Of a stretch of 64,000 nucleotides of DNA, positions 10,167 through 19,348 are shown in pieces (position 1 is the stretch's first letter; each line of letters starts with the position of its first letter). The DNA is from an uncultured Anaerolineales bacterium (GTDB taxonomy: Bacteria > Chloroflexota > Anaerolineae > Epilineales > JAANWY01). Below the pieces are notes generated by a model. The model was given only the letters and a program-made list of their open reading frames with translations, was not told the origin of the DNA and did not search any database. The stretch lies in contig CAZHMV010000002.1 of the NCBI GenBank assembly GCA_964532665.1, forward strand, positions 84,679-148,678. The letters are read 5' to 3'. Both the position numbers and the translations under genes were made by a program.

Positions 10167-11282
10167 CTAGCCCCGACAGGCGATGACCCCGGTACAACCA
10201 TCCCGAACAACAGCGTAGTCCCACCCCTTGGGAAGGCCGTTCTGCCGCACCAGAATCGCGTAGATGTCCTCACTCTCATTCCGGTCGTCTGTCCACACAA
10301 CGATGAATTCATCTCGCCTGGGATTGTACGCAATCGCCGGGTCGGACTGGTTCGCTTCAACCCGCGTGATCCCAGAAGTCCGACCTCGCGGCAACCCGTT
10401 GGGAAACAGATTGACGCCGAACAGGTCCAGGCCGGTCTCCGCAGCGTTGATGTCACTCTGCCAGATGGCCACCGACGTGGTTGGCGCCAGAGCCGGCGAC
10501 TCCTGGTTCCCCGGACCGCCGGCGAAGCCCCAGTCGCCGCCCTCCGGTCCGCCAATGGGCAGGCCGGCGGTGAACAACAGCTTGGCCCGAATATCCCTGT
10601 CGCCCGGGTAATCGTCGGTCCACAGGACGAGCAAGCGATCGCCGTTGGGTGCGATGACCGGATCGATCTGGTCCCCGGGGGCCACATGCACCGGGAAGGC
10701 CTCGCTGCCGTGCGGCAGGCCGCTGGTGAATAGGGTCTGGCCGAAAATGTCGCGCCCGGTGTCGGGATTGCGGTCGTCCGTCCACACGGCGACGAAGTCT
10801 TCCCGATGACCACTGAAGGCAACGGCCGGATGCGTCTGGTTGCCCGGTCCAACGTAGATCTCGAAAGGTCGTCCCTTGGGCAGCCCGTTAGTGCGGATCA
10901 ACTGCCCATAGATGTCCCAGCCGTTGGTCTGATCACGATAGGCGCTCCACACCATCATGTATTCGTTGCGACGCGGGTTGTAGGTGATGGCCGGGTCCAC
11001 ATCGTCACCGGCCTCGCGCGTAATCCGAAAGGACGGACCAAAGAACCCGCCCTTCGGCAGTCCATTCGTGAACAACAGCTTGGTGTACAGATCGGTCCCC
11101 TGATTGCCATGTGCCTCTGACCAGATCAGGATGTACTCATCTCGATAAGGGTTGTACACAATCGTCGGGTCCCGCTGATCGTACGCTTTGTCCCTGGCAG
11201 CCGACACCGGGCCGGCTGTGGCCGTACTCACAGCCAGAACAGACAGCACCAATGCTGCCAACAGCAACTTCGCAATTCTCAT
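10167..11282 (-). CDS. Secreted repeat protein, probable six-bladed beta-propeller
   Basis: Signal peptide, then six ~55-aa repeats of Q.DP.I.YNP.R.E...VW.D......DIY..L...NGLP.G. Confidence 0.7.
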   Translation of the reverse strand: MRIAKLLLAALVLSVLAVSTATAGPVSAARDKAYDQRDPTIVYNPYRDEYILIWSEAHGNQGTDLYTKLLFTNGLPKGGFFGPSFRITREAGDDVDPAITYNPRRNEYMMVWSAYRDQTNGWDIYGQLIRTNGLPKGRPFEIYVGPGNQTHPAVAFSGHREDFVAVWTDDRNPDTGRDIFGQTLFTSGLPHGSEAFPVHVAPGDQIDPVIAPNGDRLLVLWTDDYPGDRDIRAKLLFTAGLPIGGPEGGDWGFAGGPGNQESPALAPTTSVAIWQSDINAAETGLDLFGVNLFPNGLPRGRTSGITRVEANQSDPAIAYNPRRDEFIVVWTDDRNESEDIYAILVRQNGLPKGWDYAVVRDGCTGVIACRG

Positions 11283-11490
11283 ATCCTTCTCCACCATCAG
11301 TATTCCACTTTTATATATGAATGGTCACTCATGTGATGGAGGCAAAGCCTTGCTTCTTACCGCGCTTATCGTGACCCATGCCCATCGCACAGGTGGAACC
11401 CGTACCGTAAGAATCACACGCTGCTGCCCATCTAATAACGAATAAATGTGGCTACTCGATCACCCTCAGGGGGGCGGAAAGGAGAGGTCC

Positions 11491-12348
11491 ATGAGGAACG
11501 TGGCTATAGAAGACCCGGGCCTGGATCTGGAGGCACTGCGCGCCGCTATTCGCGAGGAGTATGAGATGGTGGCACTGACCCCCGATCAAGGCTTTCACTT
11601 CCACACCGGCCGTCCGCTGGCCCGGATGTTGGGCTATCGGACCGAGTGGTTGGCCGCCCTCCCCGAAGGTGCTATCGAGTCCTTCGCCGGCACCGGCAAT
11701 CCCTTCAGCCTGGGAGAATTACGTCCTGGGGAGCGCGTAGTAGATGTCGGCTGCGGCGCCGGCATGGATAGTCTCATCGCCGCCAGAATGGTCGGCCCGG
11801 CCGGTCATGTCATCGGTGTAGACATGACCCCAGAGATGCTGGCCAGTGCCCGCCACAGCGCCCGAGAGACTGAGTTCACGAACGCTGAGTTCCGCGAGGG
11901 CCTGGCTGAGGCCCTACCTGTGCCCGACGGTTGGGCGGATGTGGTCATATCCAACGGCGTGCTGAACCTGATGCCCGATAAGTCGGCCGGCCTGGCGGAG
12001 ATGGCGCGCGTGCTGAAGCCCACTGGCCGCCTGCAGATCGGCGACATCTTGGTGCAGAGGGCCGTTCCCGAAAGTGCCAAACGCAACATCGAGCTGTGGA
12101 CGGGTTGAATTGCCGGCGCTCTGCTTCCAGCAGAGCTCGAGGCCACGGTCGTGGCGGCCGGATTTGTGGATTTCGAGATCACCTGGCGGGCAGATGTCTT
12201 CAGCGGCGCGCCGCAGCAGTCGAGTGCCGCCGCTTATGGTACTCTGGGGATCAACTTCCGCGCCCGCCGGCGCCAGGCGAATGAATTCGCGGCAACCCTT
12301 CGACAAGCTCAGGACGTCGCCCTTGCAAAGTCGGCCTACGCCGGCTGA
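11491..12348 (+). CDS. ArsM-like SAM-dependent methyltransferase, putative selenoprotein (UGA at 12106-12108)
   Basis: VVDVGCGAGMD SAM motif. LWTG-UGA-IAGALL aligns with the ArsM-family W.GC.AGAL motif, and the frame continues 80 codons to TGA 12346-12348. SD ggagagg before ATG 11491. Confidence 0.8.
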
Positions 12349-12450
12349 CTCTCAGTCGGCGTAGGCCGACCCTTCGACAGGCTCAGGACGTCGCCTCGCA
12401 GCCGTAGGCGCGGTTTCCGGTTTCAACCGCCGGCAGCAGGAGGCTGGGTA
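12297..12450. repeat. Composite palindromic element
   Basis: Two ~26-bp direct repeats ccttcgaca(a/g)gctcaggacgtcgcc flank a 19-bp-stem hairpin (gtcggcctacgccggctga-ctc-tcagtcggcgtaggccgac). A GTAG-type REP-like segment follows, ending ggctgggtagtcac. Confidence 0.7.
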
Positions 12451-12487
12451 GTCACATTTCATGCATTCATTGGGCAACCACCGCCCC

Positions 12488-12516
12488 TTGAAAAAGGCCG
12501 GCCTTTGCTGTATAAT
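12488..12516 (+). promoter_or_regulatory. Sigma70 promoter of ECF operon 1 (TTGAAA-17-TATAAT)
   Basis: Near-consensus hexamers with 17-nt spacing and an extended -10 TG. Confidence 0.7.
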
Positions 12517-12522
12517 GGCTCA

Positions 12523-12676
12523 AGGGGTAAGCCAACACACGCTTGTACTCAGGTCCAGCCACGCGCGTCGCCGCGAAGGTCGGTGAGCCGGGGTGTGGCG
12601 TGTGCCAGGGGGCAGGCCAATCCCTCGATCTACACTGTCGGCACGGACCAGGGGGTTTCAGGGGGTAGAGGCACCG
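12523..12676 (+). ncRNA. Structured 5' leader, candidate riboswitch
   Basis: Nested stems GGUCC/GGACC, GCCACGC/GUGUGGC and GUGCC/GGCAC, plus a competing CACACGC/GCGUGUG pairing. No match to known riboswitch consensus by eye. Confidence 0.4.
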
Positions 12677-14398
12677 TTGGGTAGGAGCGCCGGTCTTCCG
12701 CTGGTCGTTCGCGACCTGTCTTTCCGCTATCGCAACCGGTCGGAGCACGCTTTGCGAAACGTCTCGTTCCAGGCTGGGGCGGGGGAGGTTGTCCTGATCG
12801 CCGGCGCCAGCGGGTCTGGCAAGACGACTTTGATGCGCTGCATCAATGGCCTGATTCCTCGCAGCTACAAAGGGGGCGAGCTATCGGGGGAAATCCGCCT
12901 GTTCGGTCAGGACCCCACGCCTCTCAGCCTCCCCCAAATCTCCCAGATGGTAGGCACCGTTCTTCAGAACCCCGAGAAGCAGATCGTGAGCAGCTATGTG
13001 GCCAATGAAATCGCCTTCGGCCTGGAGAACCTGGGTGTGCCCCGCCCGGAGATGCGCAGCCGTGTAGACGCCATCCTGGACTACCTGGGGTTAGCTCACC
13101 TGCGCGATCGCGAGACCTTCCAACTGTCGGGGGGCGAGAAGCAGAAAGTGGTCATCGCCGGCGTGCTGGCTATGGAGCCGTCCATTCTGCTGCTGGATGA
13201 GCCTTTGGCCAACCTGGACCCCGTGAGCGTGCAGGAGACCCTCGCCCTCATCCGACGACTGGCCGACGCGGGACGGTCGGTGCTGATCATCGAACATCGG
13301 GTCGAAGATGTGCTGAAGATTCGGCCCGACAGGGTCCTGTTTCTGGCGGATGGGGAGCAACGCTACTTCGGTGAAGTGGAAGGCTTTGAAGCCGTCGCTG
13401 ACTACCGGGACGTCAAGCTGCCCGCGCCCCTGGTGGTACAGCGATTGATGCACGGGGCACCCCGGGTGATGGTTAATGGCCAGGCCCCGACTGTTCGCCA
13501 GTCGCAATCCGTCCCTCGCAACTCACCGCTGGTTGTGTTCCAGGACGTCACTTTCTGGTACGAGCCCGAAAAGCCAGTGTTGCACGATGTCAGTTTCACC
13601 ATCCAGCCGGGTGACGTGATCGCGATACTGGGACCCAATGGTGCCGGCAAGACCACCCTGGTGAAGCACGCCATCGGGCTGCTCAAGCCGCGACGGGGAC
13701 AGGTGTTGGTGGGTGAGCGGGATACCCAAACAGTGAGCGTGGCCCAGGTGGCTCGCACGTTGGGTTACGTCTTCCAGAGCCCCAGCCACATGCTCTTTGC
13801 GCCAACGGTGCGTGAGGAACTGGCCTTTGGCCCGCGCAACCTGGGGTACGACGAGGCTACAATAGCCGCCAATGTCCAGTCGGCCCTGGAGACGGTCAAC
13901 CTGGCGGAGCGGGCCGACGATCCGCCTCTGGCCCTCAGCTTCGGGCAGCAGAAACGGGTAACCATTGCCGCCGTACTGGCCATGCGGTCCAGGATTCTGG
14001 TCATGGACGAGCCCACAGCCGGCCAGGACTACCGGAACTACACCGCGTTCATGGATGCCATCCTCAACCCAGACAGACAAAGCGCGTGGGGTGCTGCTTT
14101 CGACGCCGTGATCTTTATCACCCATGACCTGGACCTGGCCATCAGCCACGCCAATCGGGTGGTCTTGCTTAACGAAGGCTACATCGTCGCCGACGGGCCG
14201 CCGCACGCGGTTCTGGCCGACCGCGAACTCCTGGACCGCTGCCGCCTGGTGCCCACCTCGTTGTTGGAACTGAACCTGGCGTTGCTACCTCAAACTGGCC
14301 GCTTCATGCGGCCTGAACTGCTGGCCCGATATGTCCAAAACACCGACCCCGGCTGGGCTTCATCAGCCGGAGTCGGCGAAAAGGGCGGGCCGGCGTGA
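12677..14398 (+). CDS. ECF transporter fused dual ATPase (A-A')
   Basis: Two Walker A motifs (GASGSGKT, GPNGAGKT), LSGGEKQKV and LSFGQQKRV signatures, two DEP motifs. Start inferred at TTG 12677 behind gagg. Confidence 0.9.
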   Translation: MGRSAGLPLVVRDLSFRYRNRSEHALRNVSFQAGAGEVVLIAGASGSGKTTLMRCINGLIPRSYKGGELSGEIRLFGQDPTPLSLPQISQMVGTVLQNPEKQIVSSYVANEIAFGLENLGVPRPEMRSRVDAILDYLGLAHLRDRETFQLSGGEKQKVVIAGVLAMEPSILLLDEPLANLDPVSVQETLALIRRLADAGRSVLIIEHRVEDVLKIRPDRVLFLADGEQRYFGEVEGFEAVADYRDVKLPAPLVVQRLMHGAPRVMVNGQAPTVRQSQSVPRNSPLVVFQDVTFWYEPEKPVLHDVSFTIQPGDVIAILGPNGAGKTTLVKHAIGLLKPRRGQVLVGERDTQTVSVAQVARTLGYVFQSPSHMLFAPTVREELAFGPRNLGYDEATIAANVQSALETVNLAERADDPPLALSFGQQKRVTIAAVLAMRSRILVMDEPTAGQDYRNYTAFMDAILNPDRQSAWGAAFDAVIFITHDLDLAISHANRVVLLNEGYIVADGPPHAVLADRELLDRCRLVPTSLLELNLALLPQTGRFMRPELLARYVQNTDPGWASSAGVGEKGGPA

Positions 14399-14449
14399 TG
14401 ATGATCTGTTCATCCGTGATCGTCCGTTCATGACAAAGGAGGGGTCATT

Positions 14450-15562
14450 ATGTTCGCTTCGGAGAATCGCTATCTGCGGCCGCTTCCGCCCCTGGTCATC
14501 GGGCTGGTTGTCAGCATTGTCTTGCTGTACATCGGCAACGTAATCGCCAGTGTGCGGAGTTCGGATGCCTTCGGCCTGGCTGCCCAGGCTACCTTCGGTG
14601 CCGGCGGCTGGGCTACCTGGCTGATCATTGCTGCCATCGTTGTGTACGTCATTTACATCTACTTTGCCGACCGGCCTATCTGGTCCGTGGGCACCCGCGA
14701 AGTGGTGTACATGGCCCTGGGCGCGGCTTTGTACGGCCTGTTGTCGTGGGCCTTCAACGCTATCCCGGTCCCTTCGGTGAGCCTGGTGTCACTGCGTCCG
14801 ACGGTGGTCATCCCCATCTTCTTCGGCTATGCCTTTGGCCCGGTGGTGGGCTTTTTCACCGGCTTCGTTGGCAACATTCTGGGCGACGCTCTCACCGGCT
14901 GGGGGGTGTTCCCGGCATGGGACGTGGGCAATGGCCTGATGGGGTTGATCCCCGGTCTGGTCCTGGCCTTCACGCATCGGGATCGGGCGGTGAGAGTCTT
15001 GATCTGGGTGACAGCCGTTGCTCTGCTCATAGCGACTGCACTCCCCATCATCAATCCGAATATCTCTGATCCCTTCAGCGGGGAGCCGGCCAACTTCGGC
15101 AACTGGTGGTGGGTGCCCCTGGTGGGCCTGGTTCTGCTGCTGGTCACGGCTTTCGCCACTCGCTTCTGGCCGGTGCTGGTGGGGCTGTTGGCATTGGGCT
15201 TCCTGGTGCGAGCCGTGCAGAGCCTGGCGAGCCAGGGGCTCAGTGGCGGTGTTATCCTGCTCTTGCTGATGACCGTCGTTATCATCCTGCTCGGTTGGTA
15301 CCTTTTCCGTCGCCGGGAGGCGATTGCCGAGGCCCTGTCCGACACAGACACGAAGGCCATCGTCGTGTGGGGTACACTGGGCATCATCATCGGCATCGGC
15401 TTCGCCGCTCTGGCGGACATCTGGATCAATGGCTATACGTTCTTCACCGCCTTCGTCGGGGAGTTTGTTCCGGCTGCCGGCCCTAACACGCTCTTCGCCA
15501 TTGTGCTGACGCCACTGCTGTATGGTGCCTGGCGGCAGGCGCAGGCGCAGACAGGACGCTAG
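14450..15562 (+). CDS. ECF transporter substrate-binding S component (UPF0397/MtsT-like core, enlarged)
   Basis: VVYMALGAALY...FGPVVGFFTGFVGNILGD core. About twice the usual length, with extra TM segments. Confidence 0.8.
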   Translation: MFASENRYLRPLPPLVIGLVVSIVLLYIGNVIASVRSSDAFGLAAQATFGAGGWATWLIIAAIVVYVIYIYFADRPIWSVGTREVVYMALGAALYGLLSWAFNAIPVPSVSLVSLRPTVVIPIFFGYAFGPVVGFFTGFVGNILGDALTGWGVFPAWDVGNGLMGLIPGLVLAFTHRDRAVRVLIWVTAVALLIATALPIINPNISDPFSGEPANFGNWWWVPLVGLVLLLVTAFATRFWPVLVGLLALGFLVRAVQSLASQGLSGGVILLLLMTVVIILLGWYLFRRREAIAEALSDTDTKAIVVWGTLGIIIGIGFAALADIWINGYTFFTAFVGEFVPAAGPNTLFAIVLTPLLYGAWRQAQAQTGR

Positions 15563-15566
15563 TTTT

Positions 15567-15620
15567 GAGCAGGGGGGCAGGGGAGCGGAGGTGCAGAGGG
15601 GCATCCTCCGCTGCTCCCCG
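15567..15620. repeat. G-rich tandem/inverted hairpin (GG(A/G)GC(A/G)G(G/A) units)
   Basis: ggggagcggagg (15580-15591) can pair with cctccgctgctcccc (15605-15619). Confidence 0.5.
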
Positions 15621-15664
15621 GGCTGCCGGCAAAGTGAGCAGTGGCCTTCGATGATCAACGGCCG

Positions 15665-15786
15665 GTTACTGCTCAGCCACCCTCCCGCAGGTTGCGGTGC
15701 GCAGTGGTTTTGCATCCGAAAAACGGCCTTGAAGCAGCGGTTCTCGGCCAGAGAGGCTTCAAACCTGCGGGAGGGTGAGTAGCTAC
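15665..15786. mobile_element. MITE-like element: perfect 15-bp internal IR and ACTACTCAG-type ends
   Basis: accctcccgcaggtt (15679-15693) and aacctgcgggagggt (15762-15776). Outer ends are gttactgctca and tgagtagctac. Confidence 0.6.
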
Positions 15787-15886
15787 GAGGTAAGCGTTCA
15801 GGGATAACTCAAGGAGCATCCCGAGTAGGCCGAGACGAAGTCGAGGCCGTATCGAGGGGTGCGGCTTACGCTACGAGTTGTAAACG

Positions 15887-16750
15887 ATGCTGGTTACCTG
15901 GAAGTATCGCGAACGAGACACGATCATCCAGCGCCTGGACCCCCGGGCGCGGATTATCTTCATGCTGTGTGCTTTCTTCAGCATCATTCAGTTCTGGGAC
16001 CTGCGCTTCCTGTTGGGATTTCTGGTTCTGGCTCTGGCCCAGATGGCGCTGGCACGGTTGGGATGGCGGGAAACGCGACGGTTCTGGCTGTTCATCACCG
16101 TGATCGCCTTTGCCCTGTCACTCATGACGGCACTGACCGGCCGGGGTGGAGTGGGGGTGTATGCTCAGGAGCATACCCTCTGGCGGGGTGAGTTCCATCT
16201 GCTGGGGGCGACCTTCGCTCTGGCCGTCAGCGCCGAACGCCTGACGTTCATGGTGGCGCAAATTGTGCGCATCTTTTCCTTCGCCGCGCTGGCCGTGGTC
16301 ATTCCCTACACCATTCACCCGGCTCGTTACGGGATCACCTTCCGCCGGCTGGGGGTGCCCGACAAGTTCGCCTTCGCCATGGACCTGGCCTTCCGCTTCA
16401 TCCCATCCCTGGGCCAGGATTTCCAGATGACCCTAGACGCCCAGCGGGCGCGGGGCTACGAGCTGGAGCGCATCGGCGGTGGGATCATCCGGCAGATTCG
16501 CAACATGGCTCCCCTGCTGATTCCGGTCACCATCGGCGCTATTGTGCGGGGTGAGGAGGTCATCGATGCCATGGACCTGCGCGCGTTCGGCACCGGACCG
16601 CGTACCTGGCTGGAGGAGTTGCACTACACCCCTCGGGACTACGCCCTGACCGTGTTCAGCGTCCTGTTGCTCCTGGGATCGACGGTACTCCACCTGTTAG
16701 GCTACGGTGGCTTCTGGGTGCCGGCGTGGCTGTTGGCCCTGGCCCGGTGA
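15887..16750 (+). CDS. ecfT: ECF transporter transmembrane T component
   Basis: LDPRARI start, LAFRFIP, AQRARG and AMDLRAF coupling motifs. Confidence 0.92.
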   Translation: MLVTWKYRERDTIIQRLDPRARIIFMLCAFFSIIQFWDLRFLLGFLVLALAQMALARLGWRETRRFWLFITVIAFALSLMTALTGRGGVGVYAQEHTLWRGEFHLLGATFALAVSAERLTFMVAQIVRIFSFAALAVVIPYTIHPARYGITFRRLGVPDKFAFAMDLAFRFIPSLGQDFQMTLDAQRARGYELERIGGGIIRQIRNMAPLLIPVTIGAIVRGEEVIDAMDLRAFGTGPRTWLEELHYTPRDYALTVFSVLLLLGSTVLHLLGYGGFWVPAWLLALAR

Positions 16751-16800
16751 CACTTCTGAGCAGTCGCCATGCCCCTGCGGGGCACCATGAAGCATGAAAA

Positions 16801-16853
16801 TAGCTAGATGGCTAGATGGCTCAAAGCCATCCAGCTATCCAGCTATCCAGCTA
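16801..16853. repeat. Tandem 8-mer inverted hairpin (TAGATGGC / GC(T/C)ATCCA)
   Basis: Left arm tagctagatggctagatggct, right arm agccatccagctatccagctatccagcta. A second copy lies at 61231-61310. Confidence 0.75.
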
Positions 16854-16879
16854 TTCTCAGACGAGATGGGATGATCCGT

Positions 16880-16908
16880 TTGACAAATCGGTGTTGGTTT
16901 GGTATACT
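16880..16908 (+). promoter_or_regulatory. Sigma70 promoter of the lys operon (TTGACA-17-TATACT)
   Basis: Consensus -35, 5/6 -10, 17-nt spacer. Confidence 0.8.
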
Positions 16909-16918
16909 ATCGCCCGCA

Positions 16919-16996
16919 ATGAATATGTCGGTTGTTTTGGGCGCTTTTGACGCCAAGCAGGGCAAGAAGGAGAAGCCGGACGACTCGTCTGGTTAG
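16919..16996 (+). CDS. Lysine-rich leader peptide MNMSVVLGAFDAKQGKKEKPDDSSG
   Basis: 25-aa ORF starting 10 nt below the -10 box, with four AAG codons in a 7-codon stretch, upstream of antiterminator/terminator pairings. Confidence 0.7.
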   Translation: MNMSVVLGAFDAKQGKKEKPDDSSG

Positions 16997-17072
16997 CTGT
17001 GCTTGCCTGAAAACGCCCACAACGCGTAGCCAACGCCGGCCACCAGACGAGGTGAGCCGGCGGTTTTTGTTT
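16976..17072 (+). terminator. Attenuator: antiterminator (16984-16993 with 17042-17051) competing with an intrinsic terminator (17032-17072)
   Basis: CTCGTCTGGT is the perfect complement of ACCAGACGAG. Terminator aacgccggc-cacc-agacga-ggtg-a-gccggcggtt followed by a U-rich tract. Confidence 0.75.
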
Positions 17073-17104
17073 CATGCCGAAAGTGCAAAAGGAGGTTCTC
17101 GGAA

Positions 17105-17275
17105 ATGGCAACTGCAACGTGTCCCGAATGCGCCGGTGAGGTTCTCTTCGGCTCTGACATCGTGGTCGGCGAGATTGCCCAGTGCCCCGACTGCGGTGTG
17201 GAGCTGGAGGTTCTGAGCGTCGATCCGCTCGAAGTCGATCTGGCACCGGAAGTCGAAGAGGATTGGGGAGAGTAG
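17105..17275 (+). CDS. lysW: Amino-group carrier protein LysW
   Basis: Missed by the ORF track (56 aa). MATATCPECAGEV...CPDCGVELEV...EVEEDWGE: two CPxC motifs and the invariant C-terminal EDWGE. SD aggagg. Confidence 0.97.
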   Translation: MATATCPECAGEVLFGSDIVVGEIAQCPDCGVELEVLSVDPLEVDLAPEVEEDWGE

Positions 17276-17276
17276 T

Positions 17277-17344
17277 ACGTGAAACGTAAAGCGTGAAGAT
17301 CGGTGCAGTCCCCGTTCCTCACGTTTCACGTTTTACGTTTCACG
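17277..17344. repeat. Tandem 7-mer inverted hairpin (ACGT(G/A)AA / TT(T/C)ACGT)
   Basis: Between lysW and lysX. A related copy lies at 43542-43624. Confidence 0.75.
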
Positions 17345-17385
17345 CCTTCTCAAACCTCATTCTGGTCTTGAAAAGGAGCGTGTCC

Positions 17386-18330
17386 ATGCGCATAGGTATT
17401 CTACATTCTAGAATCCGGCTCGAAGAGAAGCTGATCCTGCAGGAATTGGATCGGCGCGGTCTCAACTACGACATGATCGATGTGCGCCGGATCGTGTTCA
17501 ATCTCCACGAGAACGGGTGGGCCGATTATGACGTGATTCTGGAGCGCTGCGTCAGCCACTCGCGGGCCTTGTCGGCGCTGCGCATCCTGGATGCCTGGGG
17601 CGTGCCCACGGTCAACCCCTTCCAGGTGGGCGAGGTCTGTGGCGACAAGCTGAATACATCCCTGGCGCTGATCCAGGCCGGCGTGCCCACCCCCCGCGTC
17701 GAGATCGCCTTTACCCCCGAATCCGCTCTGGAAGCCATCGAGCGGTTGGGCTACCCCGTTGTCCTGAAGCCGGCGGTCGGCTCGTGGGGCCGGCTGTTGG
17801 CCCGCGTCAACGACCGCGACGCCGCCGAAGCCCTGCTGGAGCACAAGTCCACCCTGGGATCGTACCACCACTCCATCTACTACATCCAGGACTACGTTGA
17901 TAAGCCCGGCCGCGACATCCGCAGCTTTGTCGTCGGCGATGAGACGATCTGCGCCATCCTGCGGGAGTCGCAGCACTGGATCACCAACACCGCCCGAGGG
18001 GGTCGCGCCAGCAACTGTCCGGTGACACCCGAAATCGATGCACTTTCTCGGGCTGCTGCTCGGGCCGTGGGAGGCGGCATTGTGGCCGTGGACATCCTGG
18101 AGAGTCCCGACGGGGAGTTGCTGGTGAACGAAGTTAACTACACCATGGAATTCCGCAACAGCATCGAGCCGACGGGGGTGGACATTCCGGCGAAGATTGT
18201 GGATTATGTGGTGGCTGTGGGGGAGGGGCGACAGGAGTTCGGAGAGCGTCGGGAACTCGGGGGAACTCGGGGGAACTCGGGGGAACTGGCGGTGCCGGCG
18301 CAGGGTGTGGAGGAGAGCGGGCGTGGTTAG
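17386..18330 (+). CDS. lysX: LysW-alpha-aminoadipate ligase (ATP-grasp)
   Basis: [36 protein letters not shown]. Start ATG 17386 with SD aaggag. C-terminal tail [12 protein letters not shown] is repeat-encoded. Confidence 0.95.
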   Translation: MRIGILHSRIRLEEKLILQELDRRGLNYDMIDVRRIVFNLHENGWADYDVILERCVSHSRALSALRILDAWGVPTVNPFQVGEVCGDKLNTSLALIQAGVPTPRVEIAFTPESALEAIERLGYPVVLKPAVGSWGRLLARVNDRDAAEALLEHKSTLGSYHHSIYYIQDYVDKPGRDIRSFVVGDETICAILRESQHWITNTARGGRASNCPVTPEIDALSRAAARAVGGGIVAVDILESPDGELLVNEVNYTMEFRNSIEPTGVDIPAKIVDYVVAVGEGRQEFGERRELGGTRGNSGELAVPAQGVEESGRG

Positions 18331-19348
18331 GGCGAGCATTGTGGGGGGGTCGGGGTATGCCGGCGGTGAGCTGTTGCGGTTGCTGCTGAGACACCCCGAG
18401 GTGGAAGTGCAGCAGGTGACGTCGGAGCGGTACGCCGGTCGCTACGTCCACAGTGTGCACCCCAACCTGCGGGACCAGACGCGGCTGCAGTTCAGCCGAC
18501 TGGAACAGCTTGAACCCTGCGATCTGCTCTTCCTGGCGCTGCCCCACGGTCAGGCAGCCCGGCAAATCGACCACTTCGCCACGCTCGCCGACCGCATCAT
18601 CGACCTGTCGGCCGATTTTCGGCTGCGCGATGCCGGCGCGTACCAGCGCTGGTACGGTGCGGAGCACCCCGCCCCGGCATGGCTCGACCGGTTCGTGTAC
18701 GGGCTGCCCGAAGTGTACCGCGGCGAGCTTCGCGACGCCCACTACGCCAGCGGCGTCGGTTGCAACGCCACGGCGGTCAACCTGGCCCTGTGGCCCCTGG
18801 CCCGCGCGGGTCTCATCGAGTGCGTGGTAGCTGAGGTGAAGGTCGGTTCGTCCGAGGCCGGCAACAAGCACAGCCTGGCCTCCCACCACCCGGAGCGCAG
18901 CGGCGCGGTCCGCTCCTTCGCCCCCACCGGCCACCGCCATCAGGCCGAGATGCAGCAGGTGTTGGGCGATTTCGAGCTGCACTTTTCGGCCACGGCTGTC
19001 GAGTTGGTGCGCGGCGTCCTGTGTACGGCTCACTGTTTCCTGCGGGAAGACTTGCAGGAACGCGATCTCTGGAAGCTTTACCGCGGGGCATACAACGACG
19101 AGCCCTTCATCCGCATTGTCAAGGATCGAACCGGCGTGTACCGCTACCCGGAGCCCAAGGTCCTGGCCGGCACCAATTTCTGCGACGTGGGTTTCGAGCG
19201 CGATCCCGACTCGAACCGCGTCGTGGTCATCAGCGCGCTGGACAACCTGGTGAAGGGCGCGGCCGGCAGTGCTGTCCAGTCAATGAATGTGATGATGGGG
19301 TGGGGGGAGACGACGGGGTTGGAGTTTGTGGGGCTGCATCCGGTGTAA
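18323..19348 (+). CDS. lysY: LysW-aminoadipyl-phosphate reductase (ArgC family)
   Basis: [25 protein letters not shown] catalytic Cys, [12 protein letters not shown] start overlaps the lysX end. Confidence 0.93.
   Translation: MVRASIVGGSGYAGGELLRLLLRHPEVEVQQVTSERYAGRYVHSVHPNLRDQTRLQFSRLEQLEPCDLLFLALPHGQAARQIDHFATLADRIIDLSADFRLRDAGAYQRWYGAEHPAPAWLDRFVYGLPEVYRGELRDAHYASGVGCNATAVNLALWPLARAGLIECVVAEVKVGSSEAGNKHSLASHHPERSGAVRSFAPTGHRHQAEMQQVLGDFELHFSATAVELVRGVLCTAHCFLREDLQERDLWKLYRGAYNDEPFIRIVKDRTGVYRYPEPKVLAGTNFCDVGFERDPDSNRVVVISALDNLVKGAAGSAVQSMNVMMGWGETTGLEFVGLHPV

Noticed and set aside
12523-12676. SRP RNA, tRNA-Sec or a known riboswitch (SAM-I, TPP, FMN)
   Set aside because: It lacks the SRP GGAA/AGCAG core, a UCA anticodon cloverleaf, and the conserved aptamer motifs of those families.
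17293-17385. N-terminal extensions of LysX (17293), LysY (18197) and LysJ (20254) in the ORF track
   Set aside because: They are read through repeat elements or the upstream gene. Family-typical starts lie at 17386, 18323 and 20338.
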